Source of the DNA: Podarcis cretensis
Lineage: Eukaryota
Length of the DNA stretch: 64,000 nt
Assembly (NCBI GenBank): GCA_951804945.1
Contig: OX638152.1
Coordinates: 43,958,001-44,022,000, forward strand
Reading direction: 5' to 3'
The position numbers and the translations under genes were made by a program. Below the pieces are notes generated by a model that was given only the letters and a program-made list of their open reading frames with translations, had not been told where the DNA came from and did not search any database. Each line of letters starts with the position of its first letter. Within the stretch, counting starts at the first letter, position 1. Shown piece after piece: positions 51,852-64,000 of the stretch.

Positions 51852-52219
51852 GGGATGCAGGTGGCGCTGTGGTCTAAACCACTGAGTCTCAGGCTGGCGG
51901 TTCGAATCTGTGTGATGGGGTGAGCTCCCATTGCTCTGTCCCAGCTCCTGCCAACCTAGCAGTTTGAAAGCACACCAGTGCAAGTAGATAAATAGGTATT
52001 GCTGTGGCAGGAAGGTAAACAGCAATTCCATGCACTCTGGCTTCCATCACGGTGTTCCATTGTGCCAGTAGCAGTTTAGTCATGCTGGCCACATGACCCA
52101 GAAAGCTGTCTGTGGACAAACATCAGCTCCCTTGGCCTGAAGCAAGATGAGTGCCACACCCCATAGTCGCCTTTGAGTGGACTTAACCATCCATGGATCC
52201 TTTAACTTTTTTACCTTTA
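51852..52219 (+). mobile_element. Sauria (Squam1) SINE inserted at the tail of an old L2 remnant (about 51620-51825)
   Basis: gggatgcaggtggcgctgtgg head, ttacctt tail; TSD ca(t/c)accaata. Confidence 0.9.
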
Positions 52220-53563
52220 CACACCAATACAAATAATATTGCTGCCTCCCCTTTTTCCTGTAGGCTTAGTATACCCTTGGAAAGGCAACAGAAGAGCAGT
52301 GAAGGCAACAGGTGCTTGTGTTTTGTAAATGATATTTTAGACTGCATCCAAGACATCATTCCTTTGTGTCTTGCTTACTTGGAGCATGGAGAAAGGATTA
52401 GAGCCTTTTGGGGGCAAGGACAGAGATGTTCATGCATCCCTAATATTCACTACAAATATCTAACACTGCTGGTGGTGGGGAGGTCAGTGACAAATCAGCA
52501 CTGGCAGGGAAGTTGCCTAAAACACAGCTTGTCCCTCAGCATCCATCTACTCTTGCTATGTGCAGCCATAAATAGATTTGGACATGCTCTGGTAAGTGCA
52601 GTGGGCCAATGAAAAAAAATTGTTTCATTTGAAACAGAAACTAAGTAAACAAACTAGAAGTTTTTTTTTTTTTAAAAAAAAGGCTTGAGTGGCACTTAGA
52701 AAAGGTGAAAGGTATGTGAACACTGGAGCTTTCTTAGCAATATATTCAAATTATTTTTATTCTTGTCTTCATTTTGAAGGACAAAGTACTAGAAGTCTAG
52801 GCAAGAGGAAGCAGTTTGTAATAATGACAAGATGCACTTAGGCAATCAGATGATTACCTACTGCATCCTTTAACCAAAACCATCAGCAGGAAGTTAGATG
52901 TTGTATGGTAGATGACTGCTGAGAAGCACCCCCATGAAAAGTCCCTTCCACTAGTACTGCATACTGAAGAATGTAAACATTATTTCTAGTGTGTATCAAC
53001 ACAGTTTGCAGATTTGTACAAAAGCAGTTTAAAGGGAATTCCTTGCATGGTACTGGATTTCCAATAGTGGCTGTGTCCTTTGCTTTAAAATGCTCCCATG
53101 CCTAATCCCCAGGTTTTTTTTTAATTTAGATAATTTTATGGAGCAGTCTGGAGACTTGGTGGGGATGAGTTCTGAACAGAAAAAAATGTGGGTGAATACC
53201 TTACGGGTTATATTTTGAATCATGTACAATATGTAGATTTCTTGTTTGCATTATCAGAGTTTCAGTGTTAGATTTTACACAATGCTAACACAACTCTGTA
53301 TAAACCTATGCAAAAACAAACAAACCATCCAATGTGTAATGTCCATTTTACACTTAGGAGTAATCAATGCTCTGGAACACTGTGCCTATTTAAATATGGT
53401 AGGCACTAGGTACCTTCTTTGCACTATTTCAACACCTACTTTTCGTTTGTTTTGTCATGTAATTTTATCATGTATGCATGTTTTCAAATTCTACCCATCT
53501 CTATTTTTGATAACTCAGTTGTCTATTTAACTTTTTAAAATAAATACTATTTTATCTGATTTT

Positions 53564-55149
53564 TGTGAAACCAACCACCTGTCTCCTGGATCCTTGCCCA
53601 TCCTGGCTTATAAAAGCTAGCCGGGAAGGACTGGGCAATGGGCTTCGTGGGGTGGTGAATGCTTCCCTCCGTGAGGGAGGCTTCCCAGACCCGCTGAAAG
53701 AGGCGGTTATTAAACCGCTTCTTAAAAAACCATCTTTAGATGCGGCCACGATGGCCAACTATCGTCCAGTCTCAAATCTTCCATTCTTGCGCAAGGTGAT
53801 TGAGCGAGCGGTTGCCGAACAACTCCAGGCACGCCTGGAAGAAGCGGACCATTTGGATCCCTTCCAGTCGGGATTCAGGCCTCATCATGGGACTGAAACT
53901 GCCTTGGTCGCACTGGTTGATGATCTCCGGCGGGCTAGGGACAAAGGTGAGAGCTGTTTCCTAGTTCTGCTGGATCTCTCAGCGGCGTTTGATACCATCG
54001 ACCATAACATCCTTCTGGACCGTCTTGAGGGGCTGGGAGCTGGGGGCACTGTCATACAGTGGTTCCGCTCCTTCCTCCTGGGCCGTGTTCAGAAAGTGGT
54101 GGTGGGGGATGAGTGTTCAGACCCCTGGGCTCTCACTTGTGGGGTGCCTCAGGGTTCTGTCCTCTCCCCCATGCTTTCCAATATTTACATGCAGCCGCTG
54201 GGAGAGATCATCAGGAGGTTTGGGCTGGGTGTTCATCAGTATGCGGATGATACCCAGCTCTACCTCTCTTTTAAATCAGAACCAGTGAGGGCGGTGAAGG
54301 TCCTGTGTGAGTGTCTGGAGGCGGTTGGAGGATGGATGGCGGCTAACAGATTGAGGTTGAATCCTGACAAGACAGAAGTACTGTTTTGGGGGGACAGGAG
54401 GCGGGCAGGTGTGGAGGATTCCCTGGTCCTGAATGGGGTAACTGTGCCCCTGAAGGACCAGGTGCGCAGCCTGGGAGTCATTTTGGACTCACAGCTGTCC
54501 ATGGAAGCTCAGGTCAAATCTGTGTCCAGGGCAGCTGTTTACCAGCTCCATCTGGTACGTAGGCTGAGACCCTATCTGCCTGCGGACTGTCTCGCCAGAG
54601 TGGTGCATGCTCTGGTTATCTCCCACTTGGACTACTGCAATGCACTCTACGTGGGGCTACCTTTGAAGGTGACTCAGAAACTACACCTAATCCAGAATGC
54701 GGCAGCTAGACTGGTGACTGGGGGCGGCCGCCGAGACCATATAACACCGGTCTTGAAAGACCTACATTGGCTCCCAGTATGTTTCCGAGCACAATTCAAA
54801 GTGTTGGTGCTGACCTTTAAAGCCCTAAACGGCCTCGGTCCAGTATACCTGAAGGAGCGTCTCCACCCCCATCATTCTGCCCGGACGCTGAGGTCCAGCG
54901 CCGAGGGCCTTCTGGCAGTTCCCTCATTGCGAGAAGCAAAGCTACAGGGAACCAGGCAGAGGGCCTTCTCGGTAGTGGCCCCCGCCCTGTGGAATGCCCT
55001 TCCAGCAGATGTAAAAGTGATAAACAACTACCTGACATTCAGAAGACATCTTAAGGCAGCCCTGTTCAGGGAAGTTTTTAACGTGTGATATTTTACTGTA
55101 TTTTTGGTTTTTATGGAAGCCACCCAGAGTGGCTGGGGAGGCCCAGCCA
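53564..55149 (+). mobile_element. L2 LINE, young 5'-truncated copy with uninterrupted 507-aa RT ORF
   Basis: PTTCLLDP, QSGFR, LDLSAAFDT, GVPQGSVLSP, YADDTQLY; 3' UTR runs into the gap. Confidence 0.96.
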
Positions 55150-55335
55150 NNNNNNNNNNNNNNNNNNNNNNNNNNNNNNNNNNNNNNNNNNNNNNNNNNN
55201 NNNNNNNNNNNNNNNNNNNNNNNNNNNNNNNNNNNNNNNNNNNNNNNNNNNNNNNNNNNNNNNNNNNNNNNNNNNNNNNNNNNNNNNNNNNNNNNNNNNN
55301 NNNNNNNNNNNNNNNNNNNNNNNNNNNNNNNNNNN
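55150..55335. other. Assembly gap (N run)
   Basis: Run of n located at the L2 tail. Confidence 1.
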
Positions 55336-55814
55336 TATGAAGCAGTCTATACATTTTGTTAAATAAATAAATGGCTAAAATAATCAAATTACAATTGCTA
55401 TTACAATCCCCAATGGGTTCTCAGTTTTATCTGTGCTCTGCAATTATTATGCACATTGCATGAGAATGAATTCCAGGGACTTCAACTTCATCTGAGAATA
55501 TTGCCATATCCTCCAACATTGGACAGCTGAAAAGAGAAGTGACTTACTGTAACAGTGGCAACCCTTTTCTCACACTAAGTACCCTATTCTCATACCTTCC
55601 ATTTTGTCTTCTTCCTTGTTTCTTGTGCATTATATTCATTATATTATATTCTGTAATAGCCTGTCCTCCACTGATATCTAAAATAGAATGTGTGAGTAAA
55701 CTGAAAGCCATGTTACATTGTCTTATGAAATAAAAAGAATGCTCAAATATTATATTATTATTAATAATAAATGACATCCTGTCCTTCCTCCCAAAGGAGC
55801 CCAGAGTGACAATC

Positions 55815-56436
55815 TGTCAAGGCAGGAGTCGGGAGCAGGTCAGCAATAATTTACAGGGTGTTAATGAAGTTAACTCTTTATTCAAAGAAACATAACAGCT
55901 CATGCCTAGTTGAGCACAGTAACTCTTCAGAGTTTCCCAGAAGCTCTTGTCCCAATGAGGCAGTTGTGAGGACTGAAGATCCTCACCTTCCCACAGCTGT
56001 CTAAGTCTCTTCTTCCCCCAGGTCCCTCTCAAGCAACCTAATATTTTTTCACCTTGTCTGTCTTTGTTCCACCCTCTTAATAACTCTTTGTGTTCTGGGA
56101 GACAAGCGGGTGTGTGTGTGTGTGTGAGCTGGTCGCAGCAGGAGTGGGAGACTCCCTGGCTTCTTCAGCAGCCAGCCTCATCTATGCTTCCTGGCTCCCC
56201 TCCACTTCAGCCTCTGATTCTGATTCTCAAGTGCTCTCTGCCACATGCTCTCCCTGCTTGCTGAACCCTGTTGCTCTTTTGCTTCTGACACCTGCTCCTC
56301 CCAGTTTGCTCCCTAGTATTCCTCTGACCACTCATTGTGGTTCCACCATCAGTCCCCTGGCCCTGAGCCTTCTTCCCTTGGGGTTTCCCCAGATAGTGCC
56401 TTCCACCACTCCTCTGTATCCAGCCAGAACATGACA
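55815..56436 (-). mobile_element. Solo LTR (Gypsy-like)
   Basis: TGTCA...TGACA termini; 5-bp TSD caatc/caaac; TTTATT (antisense polyA signal) at about 55877. Confidence 0.75.
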
Positions 56437-58264
56437 CAAACACACACAGGAGAAAACAAAACATCTGAAAACTATCTAAAAGCAACCCAAGTAAAGCCCT
56501 AGATATTTTTATTATACAATAGATGCAAATCAAGTTCAGCAACATTAACTATTTCAACAGGATGCTAGTAGGGGGGACTCGAGGGGGGACTTTGGTAATA
56601 TGGCGCTCTCCCCGCCCCCCATTCTATGCAAGCTCTCCAGTGCACTATGTCATAGTTGCAGCAACTCAATCACCTGTGTGACTGGGACCCAACTTTGAGT
56701 AGGTACATGTATAAACATTGTTGTTGTTGTTTATGCTCCCTTGGCACTGCACCCATTGTAGGGGAACTGCTTGCACTGCCCTAAATATGGCACTGGTGGC
56801 ATAGATGGAAGGGAGGAAATGCCTCTGGAGGCAACATCTTCCATCTTAAATACGTTCCACATATTTTATATCACAAATTGCTTGATCCTGAACCTCTTAA
56901 AGCACAAGCATGCCCATATGGACAAAGGTGTGCCCAATATTAACAGAGGTAGAGCAAAGGAAAGTCTGCTAAGTAATGGTGCTCACTATCAATCTACTTT
57001 TGGAATCAGGCAGAGTAAATAAAACGGGAAAGAGTCTTATAGCTTGTGACTGACATTTAGTCTCAGCCAAGCACTGAATGAAGACAGTAGGATAATATAA
57101 CAATGCTATATTGCCTGAGTGGATGCAGTGACATGGTTCCTTTGTGATTGAGGCAGGGCAGCCTCTGCTGAGAAAAGGGAGTACACAGGGATGAAAATAT
57201 TGTCTCACCGCAGCATGCCACAAGCAAAATAGATTGGGGACTACACTCACAAAGAATGTAGAATGGACAGCATGTCCTGGTTGCTGACTTGTTAGTCATT
57301 CAAGATATACACAGTCCAAAAAGGACCCACCTGGTAATTTCCTCTGGCTATTACTGTGATCTTGACCTGAACTAAGCAGGAAATCAGTGGCACTGCTGTT
57401 GATGAAATGCCACAGAATAGATAGCCAGTAAAGAGGGGGAAAACAATATCATGTCCTCCCATATTTCACTCCTTTGCAATTTTTACTGTTCTGAAAATAA
57501 TTAGCCCCACTACAAAAGGACCCAAAGAGTGGTTATTCCAAAGACCCTCCAACCCTCCAGCCAAGAATAGGCTAGTTTTTGTCTGAAGGAGGGAGTACAT
57601 ACCTACAATGCAAATACTTTGAGAAATTAAATGCAAATACATTATGCAATCTAAGAGATAGGCAGGAGAAAGGAAGGAGAAGGCAATCCCTAAGACATAT
57701 TATGTTGAAATCCGATTGGGGAAGCAGTATGTAAATCTAAGGATTGCCACATTATGGTTTGATGTTATATGTGAATCAACTCATAGTTTGTAGCTAGAAT
57801 TCTTTTCTCACAGTGCCTTTGGCAGCATTGAGCTTCATCAAAACAACTTGGGCTATTCCCCCATTTACATGTTATTCACCTTCATTCAAAAAACCAGAAT
57901 TCTACAGTAACATAAGCCAAGTATTAGGGCAGGGCAGAAGTCCAAATATTTGAGGACCCCAAAAATAATATAACCATACAAGTGATACATGGCACACATT
58001 GCAAAAAATGAATACAAGCAACAACAAAAAGCTTCAAGACAAGCAGACATTGGGAAGCAATGAGGCAATTTCTTTTTAATGAATCATAGTACTCAGATCC
58101 CACTGGATTTGCCACTCAATCTCAAAGCCTGATCTATGCTGCTAGTGAGTTGGGATAAAGCAGAGGTGACCTCCTGTCTCTCTGGAGGTCAGCCCCTGTG
58201 CCCAGTGTGGTGGGAAGGTACCACTACTGGTAGCCTGTTGGAAAACTCCAGAGACCCCCCAAGG

Positions 58265-58400
58265 CAGGCATAGGCAAACTTGGCCCTCCAGCTGTTTTGG
58301 GACTGCAATTCCCATCATCTCTGACCACTGGTCCTGTTAGCTAGGGATCATGGGAGTTGTAGTCCCAAAACATCTGGAGGGCCAAGTGTGCCTATGCCTG
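58265..58400. mobile_element. hAT-type palindromic MITE, complete
   Basis: About 55-bp inverted repeats caggcataggcaaacttggccctccag...; TSD ccccaagg/ccctaaga. Confidence 0.9.
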
Positions 58401-60441
58401 CCCTAAGAGGACTAGTGTAATATTCAGCTTCCTCTAGAGTTGCTGCAGCAGAACAAAAAATGTCCATCCACCTTCCACCCTGGCTGGTGCAAGAAACAGA
58501 GCACTTTGGGTCCACTGGGTTCCATACTGGAACCAGTATGGCCTTCTGCTCTCTAGAAAGGACTTATGGTTGCTTCGTTATCTTTTAAAAATATGTACAG
58601 GTATGTACGTAAAAGCAAAACCAACCAACCAACAAAACTTTAAAATGGTAGTGGACTATATAAATGCCCATCACATTTCAATGTAAGAATTCCATTTGTT
58701 GGATTATTCTAGTAGATGAATAGTAGAAGTGTATCCATCATGAAACAGGTGGAATATCTTGATGTGTATATTCAGGTGGATAAACAGATTCCTCCTGTTT
58801 GACTGGGATGTAAATATATAGCAAGAAGATGTAAAGGAGAGATTAAACCCAAATGCAACAATTATGTGACTGTTTTATAATCTGTAAGGATTAAAAATTT
58901 GTACATGTATCCATTTCAAGTTACATTTCCCTTTAAACTTCTTGGTAAGGCAGCTTTATTCAACATTTGCTACATTTAGGTGACTTGCTGAAGGAGTCTG
59001 ATAAATGAAGCACAATTAGGAGGAACTCATTCAAACCTTTTGCCCATGTTAGCTATGACCTGCACAAAGTGACATTAATAATCACTAAAAAGATTGTGAT
59101 TCTTTCAAGATGCATTTTGAGGTCAATAATACATTAAAGCACTGATGTGAAATGGGTGGGGAAAGCATCATAGAGATAATAAGGTAGGAATAAAATTACT
59201 AAATCAATAAAGAATATCTAGAATGTCTAAGGAGATAAATTGCACTGCATCCAGTATGTGTACCAGTATATTGTCAGTCTCTATCTTTAGACCAGATACA
59301 GCTCTTGCAAAATATTAATGATCCTGAAAATATTCCTCCTAGCAAATCATTATATTATTCAGAACATTTTTCAAAATGGATGTATTTTACATGCCAAATT
59401 CTTTTCCTCACCCCAGACAAAAATATCAGTTTGGATTCATTTTGCTACTCTTTTGCTAAGGGGGAAAACAATCCCCCCCCTTCACAAAGTTCATGTCCTA
59501 AGGGATTGAGATTGATTGCTTCACACAATACACAGTGACAAAAAGATTTACCGTTTTTTATCAGAGCTGCTGGTACAGGCACAGGCGTCCTGTGGTATTA
59601 CTTCAAAGCCAGTGCACATTTTAAGATGAATTGGTCCTGAGGAAGACCTCTGGTGAGCTACCAAGCTCAAACCGTAAAGTCACAATTTGTTCTGACATTT
59701 TATTTCATTGCCTCAGCCTGTCTTTCCATTTCATACATTTAATAACAAGCTGATAGATATTTTTTTACATTAGACACGTCAGGATTTTATTGAGAAAAAG
59801 TATTATAGTGTAGCCCACAAATAAACAGAGACTGAATAATACCTAGCATGATATGTAAATGAATGCATAAATTAAAAACCCAAAATAATAGCAGTTGCTT
59901 TCTTAGAGCTGTATATGAATGAATGATAAACCTGAAATAAGCTTCACAAGTTATGAAATATCTATGAAATATTTACAGGAGAAAAATCATTTTGTACAGG
60001 ACACACGTGTTATTTCTTTAGAAATATATTTCATTGTTTTATTTGTGTCTATTAAATACATTGTGTTTTTGTTTTGTTTTTTGCATGTCCATTTGATTTA
60101 AAACATTTTATCTAACCAAAGTCTTTTGATATTTAAGATGCAACAATTCTACAAGAAATATGTACCATGGGACAAATAAGAGCAGCTCTCCTACCTATAT
60201 GATCACATGCTGAAGAGCAGAATGAGGTCATGCTCCCCCCCTCCCAAAAAATGAACACAGTGCTTACTGATCAGAGGTGGTGGTGGTGCAGGGAGAGGAT
60301 GTTGGAAAAAATCCTACTCTGCAGCTCTGCATTATATACTATCATTTGTTGTGCATATTACCGATGTATCATAGTCCTAATGGAACATTAAATATTATTC
60401 CTCCTCCTAACAAAAACTAATTTCTACATTATTAAAACAAT

Positions 60442-60528
60442 AAGGAGTCTTGTGCCACATTAAACACTAAACTGATTATAGTATAAACTATTGTGGACTA
60501 TGATCCACTGAATCAGATGCATGAAGTA
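60442..60528 (-). mobile_element. Decayed Penelope-like terminus with degenerate hammerhead
   Basis: gagtcttgtgccacattaaacactaa...gtggactatgatccactgaatcagatgca; minus strand CUGAU..GUGGA..UCCAC. Confidence 0.5.
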
Positions 60529-60946
60529 TTATCTTGTTGTTTGTGTGTGTGTGAGAGAGAGAGAGAGAGAAAGAAAGAGGGGGGTTATATAAGGACATCT
60601 CTAGAAAGTTTATTAAAAACAAACAAACAACCCTGATATACAAATGACTCAAATATACAAGAAAACCATCACGCCAAAACTACCAAAAATTAACATGAAA
60701 TTCAACTAAAAATACTGTATCATAGGATACCAAGGAATAAGGTTCAGTTTTGATGATAAGAAAACACTTGAGCAAAAAGAGATATCTTCAAGATGTCTAA
60801 CACAAATGGCATGTGGTACTTGTAATATGATGCATGTATGAACAGAGCTGGGGTGTGGATGTGGGTGCAATCATAAATAGTGAAGCCAGAGAAAAAGAGA
60901 AAATAGAGAAGGTTAAGACAGTGATAATTACACTACTAGCAGCAGC

Positions 60947-61185
60947 CAGTGGCGGAGTAAGAGGAGTGGGGGGGGGGAGTGCACCACCCGCAGCAGCGCA
61001 ATCCTGGTTGGGTGCCATCGTAGCTGGCCCCCCCACCTGCGCTGGGTGCCACGCCCCTGTGGGTGGCCCGCCACGCCCCAGGTGGCATGTTACGCTCCTG
61101 CAGGTGGCGCACCATGCCCCCAGGACGCCCACCATGCCCGCCTGCTCTCCACCCCCTGGTGCCAGATCATGAAGCTCCACCACTG
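60947..61185. mobile_element. GC-rich hAT-type MITE (same family as 29106)
   Basis: cagtggcggag / ctccaccactg termini; TSD gcagcagc/gcagtggc. Confidence 0.78.
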
Positions 61186-61455
61186 GCAGTGGCTATTCAC
61201 AAAAGAATTGAAGTTGATAACAGAGACATCCTGGCATTTGAAAGCTGATCAACACATTGGTGTGATTAAAAAAAACCAAACTCACACAACTTTGCCATTT
61301 GAAACCCCATGTGATACAACTGAACCTTTTGATGAATTGTAATTCCTCAATTTCACATTTCACTTTCCTTTTGATGTCCCTTTGTTCAAAGATGCCCACT
61401 TGAAGGTCAGTTAGACTTTTCACCTGCTGCTATTAGTGATGTGAGATGTACATCC

Positions 61456-61456
<1 letters not shown>

Positions 61457-61496
<40 letters not shown>
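61457..61496. repeat. (ATT)n microsatellite
   Basis: Seen directly. Confidence 0.95.
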
Positions 61497-61499
<3 letters not shown>

Positions 61500-61746
61500 C
61501 AAAGAGACTGGGCAGTTTGTCCCATGTGGGATGCAAAATGGCATTGCTGGCAGATGATATACCACATTAAAACATGGGCAAGCAAATGAAGCCCTGATAT
61601 TGCAGATGACTGTAAAAGAGCTGCCAGAGTTGATATGGTGACAGAGTTGGCATCTGCACCTGCAAACAGGACCTGGTATCTGTTGTATGGCTTGTTGCTA
61701 CTAATAAATAGCTGTTTCAGGTTGGCAGGCTGTCTGTAAACAAATA

Positions 61747-62722
61747 ATAGAATAGTAGAGTTGCAAGGGAAGCCTGAGGATGATCTAGCCCAACCCCCTG
61801 CAATGGAGGAATCTCAACTAAAGCATCCATGACAAATGGCCACCCATCTGCTTAAAAACCTCCAATGAAAGAAAGTCCACCACCCTCTGAAGGAATCCAT
61901 TCTACTGTTGAACAGCTCTTACCATCAGAAAGTTCTTCCTGATGTATAGGTGGATGTATAGCAATTGGTTTGGGTCCTATCCTCCAGAGCAGGAGATAAC
62001 AAGCTTGTTCCATCCTCCATGTCACAGCCCTTTAGATATTTGAATTTCACCCCTCTGATGCTGCAGATGAGATTGTTGTAAATCACATGCCTGTCTGGGA
62101 CGAGTCTGGGAAAGGGAGAGAGTCTTATCTCTTCCGCTGCTGGTACTATTACACTGTACTTTCGTTTTTATTTCATTCTGTTTGTTCTCTCAGAGCTGGA
62201 GAGAACGGACACCATTATGCTTTTGTCTGTACATAGTGTGTAAATAAATAGTAGATTAGTTCTACGATGTCTCACTCTTCTTGCTGTGTTATGCCAGAAG
62301 ATTAGTGTGCATATACCAGCTGGTATATGTTGCTAGGAATTGCACTGGAAGAGAAGGGAGATGCCTTTTCCAGAGCTGCGTGGACCAGAGGACGCTCAGA
62401 GTTTCAGGGGCTTGCAGGCAGCCCCAGGACATTTTCCCAACAATCTCCTCTCAGTCTCCTTTTTATCAGGCTAAACATACAACCTCAAACATTCCTCATA
62501 AGGCTTGGTTTCCAGACCCTTGATCATCTTGGTCACTCTTCTTTGCACATGTTCCAACTTGTCAATATCCTTCTTAAATTACAGTGCTCAGATCTGGACA
62601 CAGTACTCCAGGTGCAGCCTGGCAGAAAAGAGCAGTACTTTTACTTTCCTTGATCTGGACACTATACTTCTGTTGATGCAGCCTAGAATAGCATTAGGTT
62701 TTTTTTTCTTTTTCTTTTTGCT
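61747..62722 (-). mobile_element. CR1 LINE 3' fragment interrupted by a partial LTR
   Basis: Homologous to 36032-36503; homology breaks at about 62045 and resumes at atctcctctcagtc (about 62443). Confidence 0.85.
62045..62442 (+). mobile_element. Partial LTR inserted into CR1
   Basis: AATAAA at about 62243, ends ...cccaACA exactly where CR1 homology resumes. Confidence 0.55.
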
Positions 62723-64000
62723 GCTTAAAAATACAAGTAAACAATGGCAGTGTTCTTGCCCATGATGGTTACTGATGATATGTGTGATTGGTTTCAGCTG
62801 GAAACTGTAAGTGACAACAAGCGGTCTTCTGCAATTTTTATTTTCAAGATTTGTTCTGTAGAATATTACTCCTCACAATCAGCCCGGTCTAGTTGATTCA
62901 GTTTTTAACTTCATTGAGTGGGTGTGCTAGTCTAAGCCATGTCTGATGTATTTTTTTTTTTTTGGTCCAATATGTAAACAGATGCAACTGTATCATAGAT
63001 CTTGGCTGTAGATAATGGATTTGAGTTCTAGTTGGAAGCTAGAAGCATGTAAGTATGTATATTGAAAGTCAGATGCTTACATGCCCATTGTTCAGTGATG
63101 AAGCTGTTTTCAGAAGCTGAAAGCAAGAAGTTTTGCTTGGGCTGGTCTCAGAATGATGGTCTATTGCACCAAATGATAAAAGAAGAGAGAGGCTTTGGCG
63201 GACAGGAGATGATAAAGGATTGTTCTAAGTCAGAGTATTCTAGAATACTGTGGCATACTGTGAAGCTATGTGAGTGCCCACGGCAGTGCCCTTGATCTGA
63301 AGAGACATTTATTTATTTAATGCATTTTTACCCTGTTCTTCAGCCCAAAAATGATTCACAGAGCAGCTCACTCCCTGAAAATGGAAAATAGGTTCAGACA
63401 TGTGTTAGGAACAACTGTCTCCAAGAAAAGCATGGCAACACACTTTATACACTCTCAGGGAGTGGTTCTGTATGCATATTTTATTTATTTATACAGAAAT
63501 TTCTATCATGCCCTTCTTGCATCTATGGATTTCTCAGGGTCAAAATTTCAGTTCACAGTCTTATGTAAAACATAACAATACATTTTAACATTACAGGAAT
63601 AACAACACCAAGTAAAGACCAGAGATAAAGCAACGTCTTTAAATAAAACAGCAGAAAAGGCGCACCAGAATAAAAATCTATTTACCAAATGGCAAAAAGC
63701 CAGAGAGAGGAAAACCCACACTTCACAAAACAAGATGTCCCAACATATTGTTGTAGCTATTAGATGGCTCTATCTCTTGCTGCCATCAGCCATTCCCCAC
63801 TCTAGGTAGGACACAGAGAGGAATATATCTTTCTTGCCTTAGGAAGAAAGCACAAAAGCATGGATGGAGGTGAACTCTAAAGCATCCTACACCCACACTG
63901 TTCAAGACTTTAAAGGTAATTTGCAATTACAGGCTTATGGGATGACTTACAGAGGACTCCATCTATGGCTGTACCTTGCCAACAGGACCTTCTTGGTGGC

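Noticed and set aside
55028-55387. ORFs containing X runs
   Set aside because: Artefacts of the N gap.

Overview
AT-rich vertebrate non-coding DNA from a squamate reptile, most likely a lacertid lizard, inferred from Sauria/Squam1 SINEs with (ACCTTT)n tails, Squam3-type SINEs with (CTT)n tails, Bov-B, and young L2 copies. No host protein-coding gene can be recognised. The long ORFs with recognisable proteins are retroelement-derived: L2 RT at 53565-55088 and 10020-10508, Bov-B RT at 38852-39727, a Neptune-type Penelope RT plus GIY-YIG at 27307-28685, and an L1 C-terminus. The window also has CR1 fragments, LTRs, many hAT-type MITEs, microsatellites and one assembly gap. The most notable non-repeat signal is a minus-strand candidate recursive splice site at 33161|33160 (polypyrimidine tract-AG|GTAAGC). 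It is followed by a 44-nt exon with stops in all three frames, an alternative donor and a downstream UGCAUG, which suggests the window lies inside a very long minus-strand intron. Other highlights are an intact minimal hammerhead ribozyme in the Penelope terminus, further decayed or inverted hammerhead-bearing termini, a lizard Bov-A-like bipartite element, templated inverted insertions at SINE 5' junctions, a PPT+LTR fragment nested in an L1, and two plus-strand candidate exons. Family names were assigned by eye, without database searches.
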